Source: a virus. From it: a DNA stretch of 64,000 nt. Positions 26,814-36,642 of the stretch are shown here, one piece after another (position 1 is the first letter of the stretch; the number at the start of each line of letters is the position of its first letter). Location: the IMG/VR virus record IMGVR_UViG_3300045988_137393; one strand, given 5' to 3'. Below the pieces are notes generated by a model. The model had not been told where the DNA came from. It saw only the letters and a list, made by a program, of their open reading frames with translations, and searched no databases. Position numbers and translations under genes: made by a program.

Positions 26814-26987
26814 ATGTCAGAGAAAGCAAAACAAATTCACGCAACCTATTGTGATTATGAAGTAGCAAAAGCAAGCAAACCATCACGGATTTACAGTGTC
26901 CGGACAGAAGTAAAACGAAACCATGGAATCAAAACCCATAATATGAGCAAAGCGATGTTAGCACAGACGTTAGCATCGCTTTTTTAG
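26814..26987 (+). CDS. small hypothetical protein (57 aa)
   Basis: Hand-translated ORF MSEKAKQIHATY..., GAAAGGAAG RBS; fills otherwise empty gap. Confidence 0.5.
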   Translation: MSEKAKQIHATYCDYEVAKASKPSRIYSVRTEVKRNHGIKTHNMSKAMLAQTLASLF

Positions 26988-27005
26988 TACAGATACAAGG
27001 AGGAA

Positions 27006-27188
27006 ATGCAAATGATAATTATCATTAAGGATGGTTATGATGTTATTGATAATCGTCCAGAAGCAGAAATCGCACAGGCAGAACGTGATTATTACGAAGA
27101 TCGATATAACCGTGATTTAAAACGCAAACTCGAAGCAAATAAACATCCATTTGCAAAGAAGTTATTATCTGCATGTGGATTACTTTAA
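27006..27188 (+). CDS. hypothetical protein
   Basis: 60-aa ORF, AAGGAGGA RBS. Confidence 0.6.
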   Translation: MQMIIIIKDGYDVIDNRPEAEIAQAERDYYEDRYNRDLKRKLEANKHPFAKKLLSACGLL

Positions 27189-27204
27189 AAAGGAGAATAA
27201 TACT

Positions 27205-27321
27205 ATGAACGAAACATTGAAAAATAACTACTATGCCTTATTAATAGCAATTACAAAAGGCAAAACAGCAAAAGAATCACTTTTAGCTATGGGAATTTGC
27301 CAGATAGCGAAAATAATTTAG
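27205..27321 (+). CDS. small hypothetical protein (38 aa)
   Basis: AAAGGAGAA RBS, hand-translated. Confidence 0.4.
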   Translation: MNETLKNNYYALLIAITKGKTAKESLLAMGICQIAKII

Positions 27322-27353
27322 CAAGAAGAGCAGAAAGAGAGGCGAAAAAATAG

Positions 27354-27467
27354 ATGAAAGGATATGAAGTACCGGATGGTTATATGGGTTGGATCAATGG
27401 AAAATACCAGCTTTTTGAAAGCGAAAACGAATATTACGAAACACTTTTAGAAAGGGAAGAGATCTAA
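27354..27467 (+). CDS. small hypothetical protein (37 aa)
   Basis: Hand-translated; stop abuts next ATG. Confidence 0.35.
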   Translation: MKGYEVPDGYMGWINGKYQLFESENEYYETLLEREEI

Positions 27468-27605
27468 ATGGAAAGAGAAATTAAAGGCGAATTATTCAAT
27501 GCATTGTGTAAAAGATGCGGAGAACGTAGAACTTGTCATGGGATCTGCGTTGACATGAACAATGCAATGGTAAAGGCAAATGAAATTAAAGCGACTGCAA
27601 AATAA
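27468..27605 (+). CDS. small hypothetical Cys-containing protein (45 aa)
   Basis: Hand-translated; C..C....C...C pattern. Confidence 0.4.
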   Translation: MEREIKGELFNALCKRCGERRTCHGICVDMNNAMVKANEIKATAK

Positions 27606-27650
27606 TTGTGGTCGCTATTTTAATACAAAAAATTAAAACAAGAAAGGTAA

Positions 27651-28598
27651 ATGGTGAAAATTATGTGCAAAATGTTTGAAGTTGTAACAGGAAAGAAATC
27701 AAAGGGAAGTGTAGACAAATTAGAAGGTCTTACAAAGATGTATACGGACATCAACGAAGAAATTGCGATTATTAAAATTCCTGTTGAATTAATGGAAGTT
27801 GATTCACGGTATCAGACAGATGAGAGAACGGAAAGAGATCTTCAGTATCTTGTACGGAATTGGGATGAACGGAAACTTATGCCACTTATGGGCGTTCCGC
27901 ATTGGGAAGAAGGCAAAGTATACATTGTAGATGGTTATGGTCGTTGGATTGCAAGTCAGATTGTAAACAAAAAGAAATACAAAGATTTGAAAGTACAGAT
28001 GATCTTAAATGCACCAACCAACCCAGAAGAACGCCTTGAGTTTGAAGCAGAAATGTATGCATTCCAGAATAGAGATGTAAAGGATTTAACACCTATTCAG
28101 AAACATGGAGCAATGATGGTTTTACACGATCCATCAACAGAAACATTGGAGAATATGAGAAAAAAATATGGCTTTGAATATGTTGCAAGTAAGGGAAACA
28201 GAGAAGCTTCTGTTCTTGGTTCGTATACAGAGACATTGCGGTTATGCAAGTTAGACAACGGAAAAGCTGCTGAATATGTATTTGATATTTGTGCAGGAGC
28301 TGGGTTTGATCGGAAACCAAACGGATACTCTACATATATTATGCGATCATTAAGAGATATTTATAAGCTCTATGCGAATGACCGTGAAGCAACAAAAGAA
28401 TTTTTAATTGAAGAACTTAGACAGATTACACCTGTTGGATTAAAGGCAAAGGCAACTGTAAAATATCCAATGCTTGATATGAAAACTGCTGTATCTCTTT
28501 ACACAGAAGATATGGTTGTTAAAAATCTTGGACTTGAACAATCAAGGGAAGTTTCTGGAACTAGAGTCGTTCCAATTAAAAGGACAAAGACGGTATAA
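27651..28598 (+). CDS. ParB/sulfiredoxin-like nuclease-domain protein
   Basis: IKIPVELMEVDSRYQ...RNWDERKLMPLMGV...VYIVDGYGRWIASQIV matches ParB N-terminal domain (DG..R box). Confidence 0.7.
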   Translation: MVKIMCKMFEVVTGKKSKGSVDKLEGLTKMYTDINEEIAIIKIPVELMEVDSRYQTDERTERDLQYLVRNWDERKLMPLMGVPHWEEGKVYIVDGYGRWIASQIVNKKKYKDLKVQMILNAPTNPEERLEFEAEMYAFQNRDVKDLTPIQKHGAMMVLHDPSTETLENMRKKYGFEYVASKGNREASVLGSYTETLRLCKLDNGKAAEYVFDICAGAGFDRKPNGYSTYIMRSLRDIYKLYANDREATKEFLIEELRQITPVGLKAKATVKYPMLDMKTAVSLYTEDMVVKNLGLEQSREVSGTRVVPIKRTKTV

Positions 28599-28720
28599 AA
28601 CAGAGAACAACATATTAGAAATTGAGGTTATGAAAATGAAACATCAGTAAAAGCGAAACTAAGATGCGCTATCAGACTATACGGGCAAACACATTATAAT
28701 AAGGAAAGGATAGATGAATT

Positions 28721-28918
28721 ATGACATATAGAAAGACAAAACAGTTGAGAGAATTTGAACCCATTTTGTATAGAAATGGATACAGATTTGCACGGTGCAA
28801 GGGAAGTCATTTTATTTACATGAATCGAACTTCTCATAAAATTATCACCGTGAATAAGGACTTAAACAGAATGGTTCGTGAAAGACTTATAAAAGAGAAT
28901 AAGTTGCAGGAGGTATAA
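28721..28918 (+). CDS. hicA: HicA-family mRNA interferase toxin
   Basis: 65 aa; LYRNGYRFARCKGSHFIYMNRTSHKIITVNKD matches HicA/YcfA (GSH..Y) pattern. Confidence 0.75.
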   Translation: MTYRKTKQLREFEPILYRNGYRFARCKGSHFIYMNRTSHKIITVNKDLNRMVRERLIKENKLQEV

Positions 28919-28921
28919 ATT

Positions 28922-29092
28922 ATGCAGACAAGAAATATTAAAGTGGGAACAAAATTTAAGCATATGAAAGAAGAATGGATCTGTACATCAAATGATGGAT
29001 TCATATTTGAGGCAGATTGTTTAAACAAAAATTGTCCAATGAAAGATTTAATGCTTATTGGATCAAGCGAAGAAGTAGAAGTGATTGAATAG
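28922..29092 (+). CDS. small hypothetical protein (56 aa) in the HicB position
   Basis: AGGAGG RBS, starts 3 nt after hicA stop; too short and not HicB-like by eye. Confidence 0.5.
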   Translation: MQTRNIKVGTKFKHMKEEWICTSNDGFIFEADCLNKNCPMKDLMLIGSSEEVEVIE

Positions 29093-29105
29093 GAGGTGTA
29101 AGAAC

Positions 29106-29513
29106 ATGAAATGGACAGAGTTATTACGGAAAGACAATTATGCTTTACTGCAAAGCGAAAGTGATACACAGTATGCGGTTGTAAGTGGCTACGATCCAAC
29201 GCAGCCTGAAGATCAGCAGTGGTCACACGGAACATATTTTGAATATTGGAATGATACAAAGCGAAAAGCAGATTGCTTACAGAATGCATTGGATTGTTTT
29301 AGAGGAAAAACGGAAGAACACTATGTAACTAAAGGACAGAAATACTTTGAAATCTACAGAGAAGATTATACAGAAGGCACATTCAACGAAATTGTTACAT
29401 CGCTTGGAGTTGATAATGAAAGAGTTGGAGATGCACTTGGTTGTTACTGCATTGTAGATGAAGAGAGCTTGAAAGAGGCAGAAGAAAGCGAAGGGTATAA
29501 TTTATGCGATTAG
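29106..29513 (+). CDS. hypothetical protein
   Basis: TAGGAGGTG RBS; start trimmed to MKWTELL. Confidence 0.7.
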   Translation: MKWTELLRKDNYALLQSESDTQYAVVSGYDPTQPEDQQWSHGTYFEYWNDTKRKADCLQNALDCFRGKTEEHYVTKGQKYFEIYREDYTEGTFNEIVTSLGVDNERVGDALGCYCIVDEESLKEAEESEGYNLCD

Positions 29514-29710
29514 ATGATTTATTATCATATATAAGCGAAAATGAAAATGTCTATGTATGGTTGGATGGAAAAATTGTAGCTGAATACAATGGAAGAGATA
29601 GTATTTTTCTTAAATATAATGATTTTGAGGTTGAAAAGGGAAGTCTTAGAAAGTATGAAAACGGAATCGAAGTTACATTAACAGGAAATTTAATTGTCCC
29701 TAAAAGATAA
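29504..29710 (+). CDS. hypothetical protein
   Basis: 68-aa ORF overlapping previous stop. Confidence 0.6.
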   Translation: MRLDDLLSYISENENVYVWLDGKIVAEYNGRDSIFLKYNDFEVEKGSLRKYENGIEVTLTGNLIVPKR

Positions 29711-29798
29711 TGAGCAAGAAGATAAGGATTTTATTATCTCGATGAATGTAATAGCAGAGTAAACAGATATTTCATAATGAAAGGTAAAGGGTAATAGC

Positions 29799-29951
29799 AT
29801 GAAAAAAGTAAAAGTAACAATGACCGTTGTTTTAAATGATAATGCAGATGTAAAAGAAATTAAAAAGTGGGAGCATCATATTGATTATGCGATTGATATG
29901 GATAGTTATCCAGAGATTGAACATATTGAGAATGTTAAGGTTGAAGAATAG
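29799..29951 (+). CDS. small hypothetical protein (50 aa)
   Basis: Hand-translated MKKVKVTMTVVLND... Confidence 0.45.
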   Translation: MKKVKVTMTVVLNDNADVKEIKKWEHHIDYAIDMDSYPEIEHIENVKVEE

Positions 29952-29985
29952 AAAATGGATATTTCACAAGAAGGAGGATAGAATC

Positions 29986-30162
29986 ATGAAGTACAGATTA
30001 GGTTGTTATAACACAGATGGAAGTTTAGAGTGTCTTCGTGCTGTAGATAATAAAGAGAGTGCAAAACTTGCGTACAAACATCTGAAAGAAGAATATCAGT
30101 GTACGATTTGGGTTCAGAAGATAGAGTTTGTTGATCCAAAAGAGGAGTTTAAAGAAGCATAA
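29986..30162 (+). CDS. hypothetical protein
   Basis: GAAGGAGGA RBS; trimmed to MKYRLGC. Confidence 0.65.
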   Translation: MKYRLGCYNTDGSLECLRAVDNKESAKLAYKHLKEEYQCTIWVQKIEFVDPKEEFKEA

Positions 30163-30205
30163 CAAATGCGTGTTTCATTGGATTTAATAAGAAGGAGTGA
30201 TAAGT

Positions 30206-30457
30206 ATGGAATTTTTAGTACAGTATACTATTGAAGGAAGTGAAAAAATTATAAACAAGATTGTAAATTCTTGTTGGATTATTGAAGCAACAAATGAAAG
30301 CGATTTTAATGGAATTGAAGAAATGCATGTGTTTGATATAACAGATCTTGGAAAAATCAAACCGTTGCATTACAGAGGATGGCAGCCAGGATGCTTAATT
30401 GAATATGTAGACGATAAAAACAATGTAGTTATTCATGGATATGGAACAGACCATTAA
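30206..30457 (+). CDS. hypothetical protein
   Basis: AAGGAG RBS; trimmed to MEFLVQY. Confidence 0.65.
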   Translation: MEFLVQYTIEGSEKIINKIVNSCWIIEATNESDFNGIEEMHVFDITDLGKIKPLHYRGWQPGCLIEYVDDKNNVVIHGYGTDH

Positions 30458-30713
30458 ATTCGCATTTATTAGGGAATGGAAAAGAGTTTACATATAACTC
30501 ACCAATACATGAGAACGATACATTATTCAGTGGTTTCTCATATAGAGAAATTATGGATGTTGTAATTGCAAATTATGGTCACGACATTACAGAAGAACAG
30601 TTTGACAAGGCACTCAAAGAGTTTATGGATATGCGAATTGAGGATATGAAAGAGAACTTAATGATGTGTAAAACGAATATGTTAAAGGAAATTAGAAAGG
30701 CAGGTTGATTAGT

Positions 30714-31748
30714 ATGAGAGAAATTAAAGTTCAGTTATATAGAGGCGAAGATGATAATTATGTTGAGCTTTGGAAAACAGTTGAAGAAATCGAAGGAAAG
30801 CACAGATATTATGGAAGATACAAATTTGGAAATAAGGGAACTTGGTATTCAGTATGTGATCCACTTGGTTATTGTGAATTAAATGCACCGATGGCAGATG
30901 ATGTAATGTTTATTTGCTGTGATGAAAATGGAAATGAAGTAATCAGATATTCAAATGCTGATGGAAATAAACTTCCGAAATTTGAAACAGTAATCAAAAG
31001 AGAATGGAATAAGGTAAAAGAAAAGCTTCAGCATAACACAGAAGATTTGACTAAAAACTTTTGGGCTGAGTGCTGGAACGGAGACACTACAATGAAAATA
31101 AATCAGTGGTTGTTATCTTATAAAGATCCAGACTTATATCCTGAAAAGGCAAAAGATTATGATGAAAACTGGACAAATTGTTGGGCAGAAAAAGAAATTG
31201 GATATGAACCTATTCCAGATACAGAATTTGAGTATTTAGGTCATAAATATCAGTTCACAAAGGTAAAACATAAACATGAATACTGTGGTGTTGAGTGGTA
31301 CGAATTTGTATGTACCGATTCTCCTTATGTAATGCAGGATACACCTTGGGTAAAAGATAGGGCATGGATTCAGTCTTATATGTATCTTGGAAATTGGTTC
31401 AATGATAAGACTTATGGAACAATGTATGATCAAAGAACAGCAAGAGAAAGGGTAGTTGCAGCACTTATTAAAAAGTTCCCTATGAAAGAGAAATGGGACA
31501 AGTTACTTTATGTAAAGAAGAGAACTGGAAATGAATTTTATAATTGTGATTGCTGTTATGAAAAGTCATATTCCGATATGGCAGATGTACTTATTAACAG
31601 AAATTATCACAGAAAAGATGTTGACCATCTTTGTAAGTTCATTAACAAGGAAACAGAAGGAATTGTATTTGCAAGCAATAGAGGTAATAAGTACACAATC
31701 AGACAGATTTATCCAGATATTTATGACTATGATAATTGTTTGATATAA
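30714..31748 (+). CDS. hypothetical protein (344 aa)
   Basis: Long ORF in gene train; W/C-rich; no family recognised. Confidence 0.7.
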   Translation: MREIKVQLYRGEDDNYVELWKTVEEIEGKHRYYGRYKFGNKGTWYSVCDPLGYCELNAPMADDVMFICCDENGNEVIRYSNADGNKLPKFETVIKREWNKVKEKLQHNTEDLTKNFWAECWNGDTTMKINQWLLSYKDPDLYPEKAKDYDENWTNCWAEKEIGYEPIPDTEFEYLGHKYQFTKVKHKHEYCGVEWYEFVCTDSPYVMQDTPWVKDRAWIQSYMYLGNWFNDKTYGTMYDQRTARERVVAALIKKFPMKEKWDKLLYVKKRTGNEFYNCDCCYEKSYSDMADVLINRNYHRKDVDHLCKFINKETEGIVFASNRGNKYTIRQIYPDIYDYDNCLI

Positions 31749-31765
31749 GAAATGAGGTGACTGAT

Positions 31766-32131
31766 ATGCAGGTCATAGATAAAGTTGTTACACCAGACGG
31801 AATAGAAATTGAGCTTAGAGATCTAAGTGGTGAACACAAACTACCAGATTATAACGGAATGGAAATTGTCTTCCGTACAATTGCAAAGAAAACATTTCCA
31901 CCAAACAAAGGATGGTATGCACAGAAAGGAAAAGAATTTCATTCATGTATTTGTTACTATAAAAATTATACATCAGATATGTTGAAAGCAGATTATGAGG
32001 AGTTAAAAAATGGTACAAAAACTCTTGCAGATTTGAAATCATATTTCTGGAATGGTAAGAGAGACAGTTATGTACTTGGATTAGAAGGAAGTGAGAATTA
32101 TGCAGAAAACATTAATGGAAATGCTGATTGA
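31766..32131 (+). CDS. hypothetical protein
   Basis: GAGGTG RBS; trimmed to MQVIDKV. Confidence 0.65.
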   Translation: MQVIDKVVTPDGIEIELRDLSGEHKLPDYNGMEIVFRTIAKKTFPPNKGWYAQKGKEFHSCICYYKNYTSDMLKADYEELKNGTKTLADLKSYFWNGKRDSYVLGLEGSENYAENINGNAD

Positions 32132-32333
32132 AGCAGGTTATCCGAAAGAAGAAATGTATCATCCTTCGTATGGATCTGATTTATATGTATATGTAATACC
32201 ACTCACAACAAAAGTAATTGAGGAATGGTGCAAAATACATAATTATAGAATGGCTTGGCATTGTCCTACATTCAAAGATCAGATAACAGGCAAAATGATG
32301 TATGATTGTGCATTTCAGTGGTATGAAAATTAA
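32100..32333 (+). CDS. hypothetical protein
   Basis: GAAGGAAGTGAG RBS; trimmed to MQKTLME. Confidence 0.6.
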   Translation: MQKTLMEMLIEAGYPKEEMYHPSYGSDLYVYVIPLTTKVIEEWCKIHNYRMAWHCPTFKDQITGKMMYDCAFQWYEN

Positions 32334-32352
32334 CAGATAGGAGCGTGATTAT

Positions 32353-32559
32353 ATGGCGAAACATATTATTGATAAAGATAATACATTAAAAGCGTTGGGA
32401 AGCATTAACACATTATTATCTCAATCGTTACAGATAATTAAAAAGGTAAACGAAGATGAACAATGGGATTTTTGTACAGATGATGTTTTGGCAAGACGAG
32501 TCAATGCTGCTGAAAGATTAATAAAAGAAATATCTGACATTGTATTTCAGAATAATTAA
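32353..32559 (+). CDS. hypothetical protein
   Basis: 68-aa ORF, TAGGAG RBS. Confidence 0.65.
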   Translation: MAKHIIDKDNTLKALGSINTLLSQSLQIIKKVNEDEQWDFCTDDVLARRVNAAERLIKEISDIVFQNN

Positions 32560-32659
32560 GCACAGGAAATTGTAATTTCTTGGTAGAATAATTACAAGAT
32601 ATAGTAGTATATAAAACAAGAAACCACAATATATAGTATAAGAAAAGGAGATTAAAACT

Positions 32660-33136
32660 ATGAAACGTAATGAACAGAAAATAACAAAAGAAGTAACAGA
32701 AACTATTGTAACATTTATTGCAAGTGATGGAAAAGAATTTAAAAACGAGGAAGATTGTGCGAAATACGAGAAGTCTTATGTATGCACTATTAAGACTTGC
32801 TTTAAGAAAATTCCACACTTAGAGAAAGCAGCTTCGTCTTTATATATGCAGTATGGAAACGAGGAAGATGAAGCATATATGTTAATTCCAAGAAATATTG
32901 AAGATGTGTGTGCTGTAAACAGAATCCTTGATTATTGCGATGGAATTTATGGAGCAATCGGTCAGACACCAGGAAGACTTACGCATGATGATATTGGCAA
33001 GACAATTCTTATTAACTTTGGATATGAAGGAATGGAAAGTGGATGGTATACAATGTTAAGAAAGGATGAATATCTCAAGAGAATTTCAGATGAGCTTAAT
33101 AAATATGAAACTGAAATTGCTAATCAGGAACAGTAA
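32660..33136 (+). CDS. hypothetical protein
   Basis: 158-aa ORF, AAAGGAGA RBS. Confidence 0.7.
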   Translation: MKRNEQKITKEVTETIVTFIASDGKEFKNEEDCAKYEKSYVCTIKTCFKKIPHLEKAASSLYMQYGNEEDEAYMLIPRNIEDVCAVNRILDYCDGIYGAIGQTPGRLTHDDIGKTILINFGYEGMESGWYTMLRKDEYLKRISDELNKYETEIANQEQ

Positions 33137-33150
33137 TACAGAGAATAATA

Positions 33151-33188
33151 AGGCAGACGCAAACAAATGTGTCTGTCTTATTTATTGG
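33151..33188 (+). terminator. rho-independent terminator
   Basis: AGGCAGAC/GTCTGTCT hairpin followed by TATTTATT. Confidence 0.6.
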
Positions 33189-33200
33189 AAGGAGAACGAA

Positions 33201-33494
33201 ATGCAGTTGATGAAATTTGTAACAAAAGACACCAAAGACAAAAATAAAATTCTTGTATGGTGTACAACAAACAGACTAATTACATTCAGAGATTTCATGC
33301 AGTATGTATTGGACAATGTGAAAAATCCAAAAGATTTTATGATTATTGATACGGAAAAGGATCTTGTTTATGACATGTATAAAGTTGCAACAGAAATGTA
33401 TGGAATGAGAAAGAGAACCTTTGAAGAAAGAATGAATGGTGTGGCGACTGGTAAATGGAATAAATATTCTAACAGTGAAGTAAAAGGAATGTAA
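33201..33494 (+). CDS. hypothetical protein
   Basis: GGAAGGAGAA RBS; trimmed to MQLMKFV. Confidence 0.65.
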   Translation: MQLMKFVTKDTKDKNKILVWCTTNRLITFRDFMQYVLDNVKNPKDFMIIDTEKDLVYDMYKVATEMYGMRKRTFEERMNGVATGKWNKYSNSEVKGM

Positions 33495-33507
33495 AGGAGA
33501 ATGTGAA

Positions 33508-33966
33508 ATGAATAAAAGTAATTTACGGATTAATTATCATATTGAGATTATCAATGATGCAAAAACATGGGATAAATTTGTAAAGGCAACGGAAAGTCTT
33601 AATGTTCCACATAGCGATGCACCCTGGGAGCTATACACAAATAGAGATTTTGACAGCTTTGAAAAAGCATTAGAATATTACATGGTTTGGTATGTAAGCG
33701 ATGAATGCTTTGATATTAAAATGTGGGAACAGATTTTTATAGACAATGAAATGGTTTATGAAGAATATTGTGAACCGCATTGTTGTACTAAAAGCGAAAT
33801 GAGAAGAATCATAGACAGAGATACTTATGACAGATTGCGCAATTATGATATGCAAACAAAAGAACTTGAAGAATCCAATGAGTTGATGAGTGGATTTATC
33901 AAGCGAATGGGAAAGCAGTTTGAAGAAATGTTTAACAAATATGTAAAGGAGATTGCAAATGAGTAA
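33508..33966 (+). CDS. hypothetical protein
   Basis: 152-aa ORF, AAAGGAGAA RBS. Confidence 0.7.
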   Translation: MNKSNLRINYHIEIINDAKTWDKFVKATESLNVPHSDAPWELYTNRDFDSFEKALEYYMVWYVSDECFDIKMWEQIFIDNEMVYEEYCEPHCCTKSEMRRIIDRDTYDRLRNYDMQTKELEESNELMSGFIKRMGKQFEEMFNKYVKEIANE

Positions 33967-34186
33967 TACAGAATATGTAAGACATAGTGCAGATAAATAT
34001 GGGTGGAAAAAATATTATTCCACATTGCGTCCTGTAAGTATGGGGACGCAGCCTAAAGATGGATTTATGGATTTTATAAATTATGATGACAGAACGGAAG
34101 TTGACGGAAAAATGGTGTGGGCTGAGTTGTATTACAACAGGGAACTTACTGAAAAAGAAATGAGAGATTACGACTTAGTTAAATAG
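33959..34186 (+). CDS. hypothetical protein
   Basis: AAGGAG RBS; trimmed to MSNTEYV. Confidence 0.65.
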   Translation: MSNTEYVRHSADKYGWKKYYSTLRPVSMGTQPKDGFMDFINYDDRTEVDGKMVWAELYYNRELTEKEMRDYDLVK

Positions 34187-34204
34187 AAAGTGAGGTTGAT
34201 TGAT

Positions 34205-34828
34205 ATGGTAGAAATCAAAATAGATAACACAGGCGATGGAACATGGTGGCTGTACAATAGTAATCATGGATGGAAAGATTATTGTGGTTGTGGAAACTTC
34301 GATGAACAGGTTGTTCTTACAGGTAATAGAGATTTTACAGGATGTACTGAGGCAGAATGGTATCAGAATGCAAAAAAGATTTTGGATGATATTGATTGTT
34401 ATGACGAATATCCAACGGATGTATCTGATGAAGTGAATTCAAAATTAAAAGAAATGTATGATAAATGCAGATGTACAGAAGATATTCTGGTTGATGTAAT
34501 TAGGCTTCTTTATCCAGAAGACACCTTTAAAACCGGAACAATCAGAGGGTATAGCCAAGGAGATTGGCAAGATTACATTGTCATGGGAGATGTGGATACA
34601 GATTTGCTTGAAGCAATGTATTTTGGAAAGATTTCTGATATTACTGTAACAACGGACGAAGAAGAATTTGGAGATGTAATCACTCATGATGAACTATGGA
34701 GAGCAGAAAGAGAAGAGGGGTTAAAAGAATTTTTCAGAAATCATTATGAACTTGATAAGAATGAAGAAATTCATATATTACAGGCAGACGGATATAAGCA
34801 GGTAGTTGATTGGAAAGAGGTGTCTTAA
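34205..34828 (+). CDS. hypothetical protein
   Basis: GTGAGG RBS; trimmed to MVEIKID. Confidence 0.65.
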   Translation: MVEIKIDNTGDGTWWLYNSNHGWKDYCGCGNFDEQVVLTGNRDFTGCTEAEWYQNAKKILDDIDCYDEYPTDVSDEVNSKLKEMYDKCRCTEDILVDVIRLLYPEDTFKTGTIRGYSQGDWQDYIVMGDVDTDLLEAMYFGKISDITVTTDEEEFGDVITHDELWRAEREEGLKEFFRNHYELDKNEEIHILQADGYKQVVDWKEVS

Positions 34829-35062
34829 ATGAAAAGTGTAGTGATGTTATTCGATGCAAGAAAAGGTGAGTTTGTTAAAGAAGAAATCTACACATTATCA
34901 CCTATGAAAGCAATGATAAGTGCAGTTATGCAATATAAAGGAGATTTTAATACACAAAATTATCCTAGTAAGTTAGATGGAATATATAAGTCAAATGTTA
35001 TTAAAGACAGGCTTTTATATAATTTATCTGATGATTTTATTATGTATAGTCAAAAGGCATAA
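34829..35062 (+). CDS. hypothetical protein
   Basis: 77-aa ORF abutting previous stop. Confidence 0.65.
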   Translation: MKSVVMLFDARKGEFVKEEIYTLSPMKAMISAVMQYKGDFNTQNYPSKLDGIYKSNVIKDRLLYNLSDDFIMYSQKA

Positions 35063-35086
35063 AACCAAAGGAAAGAACTGTTTATT

Positions 35087-35117
35087 GAGACTAGATTTTT
35101 CTAGTCTCTTTTATTTT
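35087..35117 (+). terminator. rho-independent terminator
   Basis: Perfect 8-bp hairpin GAGACTAG/CTAGTCTC followed by TTTTATTTT. Confidence 0.8.
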
Positions 35118-35133
35118 GAAAAGGAGTATATAT

Positions 35134-35487
35134 ATGAGAGCATACAAGCTACTTAGAAAATTGTCTAATGGAAAATTGTACCCACTATTTATTCATAAAA
35201 CATATTCGACTCCATTTAATGAATGGCTATATGCAGAATGCTATCCTACAAAGGGATTTGCAGTACGAAAGGGATATCATTGCTGCTTTAAACCTTTTGC
35301 TCCGCATCTTTCAATGCAACTTGCAAACGGAGAACAGAGAGTATGGGTTGAGTGTGAAGTTGAAGATTGGGATAGCTATAATAGGCCAGAAAGTCAGGGT
35401 GGTAGTTGGATTTTGGCACAGCAAATGAAAATTGTAAGGGAACTTACAGAAAATGAAGTTGAGCAGATATTGAAAGGAGCAGCTTAA
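35134..35487 (+). CDS. hypothetical protein
   Basis: AAAGGAG RBS; trimmed to MRAYKLL. Confidence 0.7.
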   Translation: MRAYKLLRKLSNGKLYPLFIHKTYSTPFNEWLYAECYPTKGFAVRKGYHCCFKPFAPHLSMQLANGEQRVWVECEVEDWDSYNRPESQGGSWILAQQMKIVRELTENEVEQILKGAA

Positions 35488-35488
35488 A

Positions 35489-35680
35489 ATGGAAAAAGAT
35501 ATTAGAATTTGTCCAGTATGCAATAAAGAAGTAGAAAGAAATGATATGAATTTCACAAAAGACTGTCATGGAATTACATTCAGATTAGTGTGTAATGATT
35601 GTTGGGAGAAATTAATGGAAAAGGGATATGATGGTGAGTATTACAGCGAAGCCGATGAATGTATTGATGAGGATTATTAG
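35489..35680 (+). CDS. hypothetical zinc-ribbon protein
   Basis: 63 aa; CPVCNKE...CNDCWE. Confidence 0.65.
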   Translation: MEKDIRICPVCNKEVERNDMNFTKDCHGITFRLVCNDCWEKLMEKGYDGEYYSEADECIDEDY

Positions 35681-35693
35681 GAGGTAGCGTAAT

Positions 35694-36107
35694 ATGACAT
35701 ACTACGAAACAAAAATAGGAAAGATTATTGAAGAAGAGTTCGATTCACGAATGGGAAATGCAGTTATTTCTTACATTATGGATAAAGGTATGAGCAACGT
35801 AAAGGAGATTACTGACGAGCAAATTGAAAAACTTGAAGGTAATGGATTAATGACTCATGATTTCGTTCAGTCATTAGTAAGGTGTGCAAGACGGATATGC
35901 AATGAGTGTGAGTGGATTGAGTTGATTGAGTTCATTCGATTACATTTATGGTGTACTCCAACAGTACATGACGTGTATTTATATAAGGAAAATTTCAACG
36001 ATGAGTCATTTGCAGAGCTGCTTGATAATCTGGATCTTGATGAAAGCGAAGTCGGTGAAGAGATTAAGTTATTTGCAGTAGTTGATAAGGATTGTTTAAA
36101 GGAGTGA
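35694..36107 (+). CDS. hypothetical protein
   Basis: 137-aa ORF, TAGGAGG RBS. Confidence 0.7.
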   Translation: MTYYETKIGKIIEEEFDSRMGNAVISYIMDKGMSNVKEITDEQIEKLEGNGLMTHDFVQSLVRCARRICNECEWIELIEFIRLHLWCTPTVHDVYLYKENFNDESFAELLDNLDLDESEVGEEIKLFAVVDKDCLKE

Positions 36108-36112
36108 TTGAT

Positions 36113-36286
36113 ATGATGACAGAAGAGAGATTTAAAGAGACAAATTATAAAATGAGTTACGAGGAATATAAGAAATGTTGTTGTCACAGATGCATGAAGG
36201 AAGATTGCATTCACAGAGATACATATAGAAGATTACCTGAGATTGATGGTGGTCTTGGCTTGTGTCCTAATTTGAAGGGAGAGTGA
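36113..36286 (+). CDS. hypothetical Cys-rich protein
   Basis: AAAGGAG RBS; trimmed to MMTEERF. Confidence 0.6.
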   Translation: MMTEERFKETNYKMSYEEYKKCCCHRCMKEDCIHRDTYRRLPEIDGGLGLCPNLKGE

Positions 36287-36291
36287 TTAAG

Positions 36292-36642
36292 ATGTATCAG
36301 CATATAGAATTTATTGATGGCAGTAATTCTTATATCAGCAAAACGGAAAAGGATTTCAAATGGATGTGTGAACATTATGTTCTCATTCCAATTGCAGAAA
36401 ATTTCTGGAAGGCAACTGACAGAATTTATTATAAGGTGGTTGGCTTTGCGGATAAAAATAAGATGGCTACTTTTAATAGAAATTACAAATCAAAAGCAGG
36501 TGCAATGAGAGTAATTCGCAAGGCAATTAAAGAGAATAAATTTGAGTGTATTGTACTTAGAAAAGAGGTTGAAGATTTACGGAATGATGAACACTTTGAT
36601 ATTTCAGTGAGTACACCTATTAAAACATGGAATTTAGCATAG
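36292..36642 (+). CDS. hypothetical protein
   Basis: GGGAGAG RBS; trimmed to MYQHIEF. Confidence 0.65.
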   Translation: MYQHIEFIDGSNSYISKTEKDFKWMCEHYVLIPIAENFWKATDRIYYKVVGFADKNKMATFNRNYKSKAGAMRVIRKAIKENKFECIVLRKEVEDLRNDEHFDISVSTPIKTWNLA

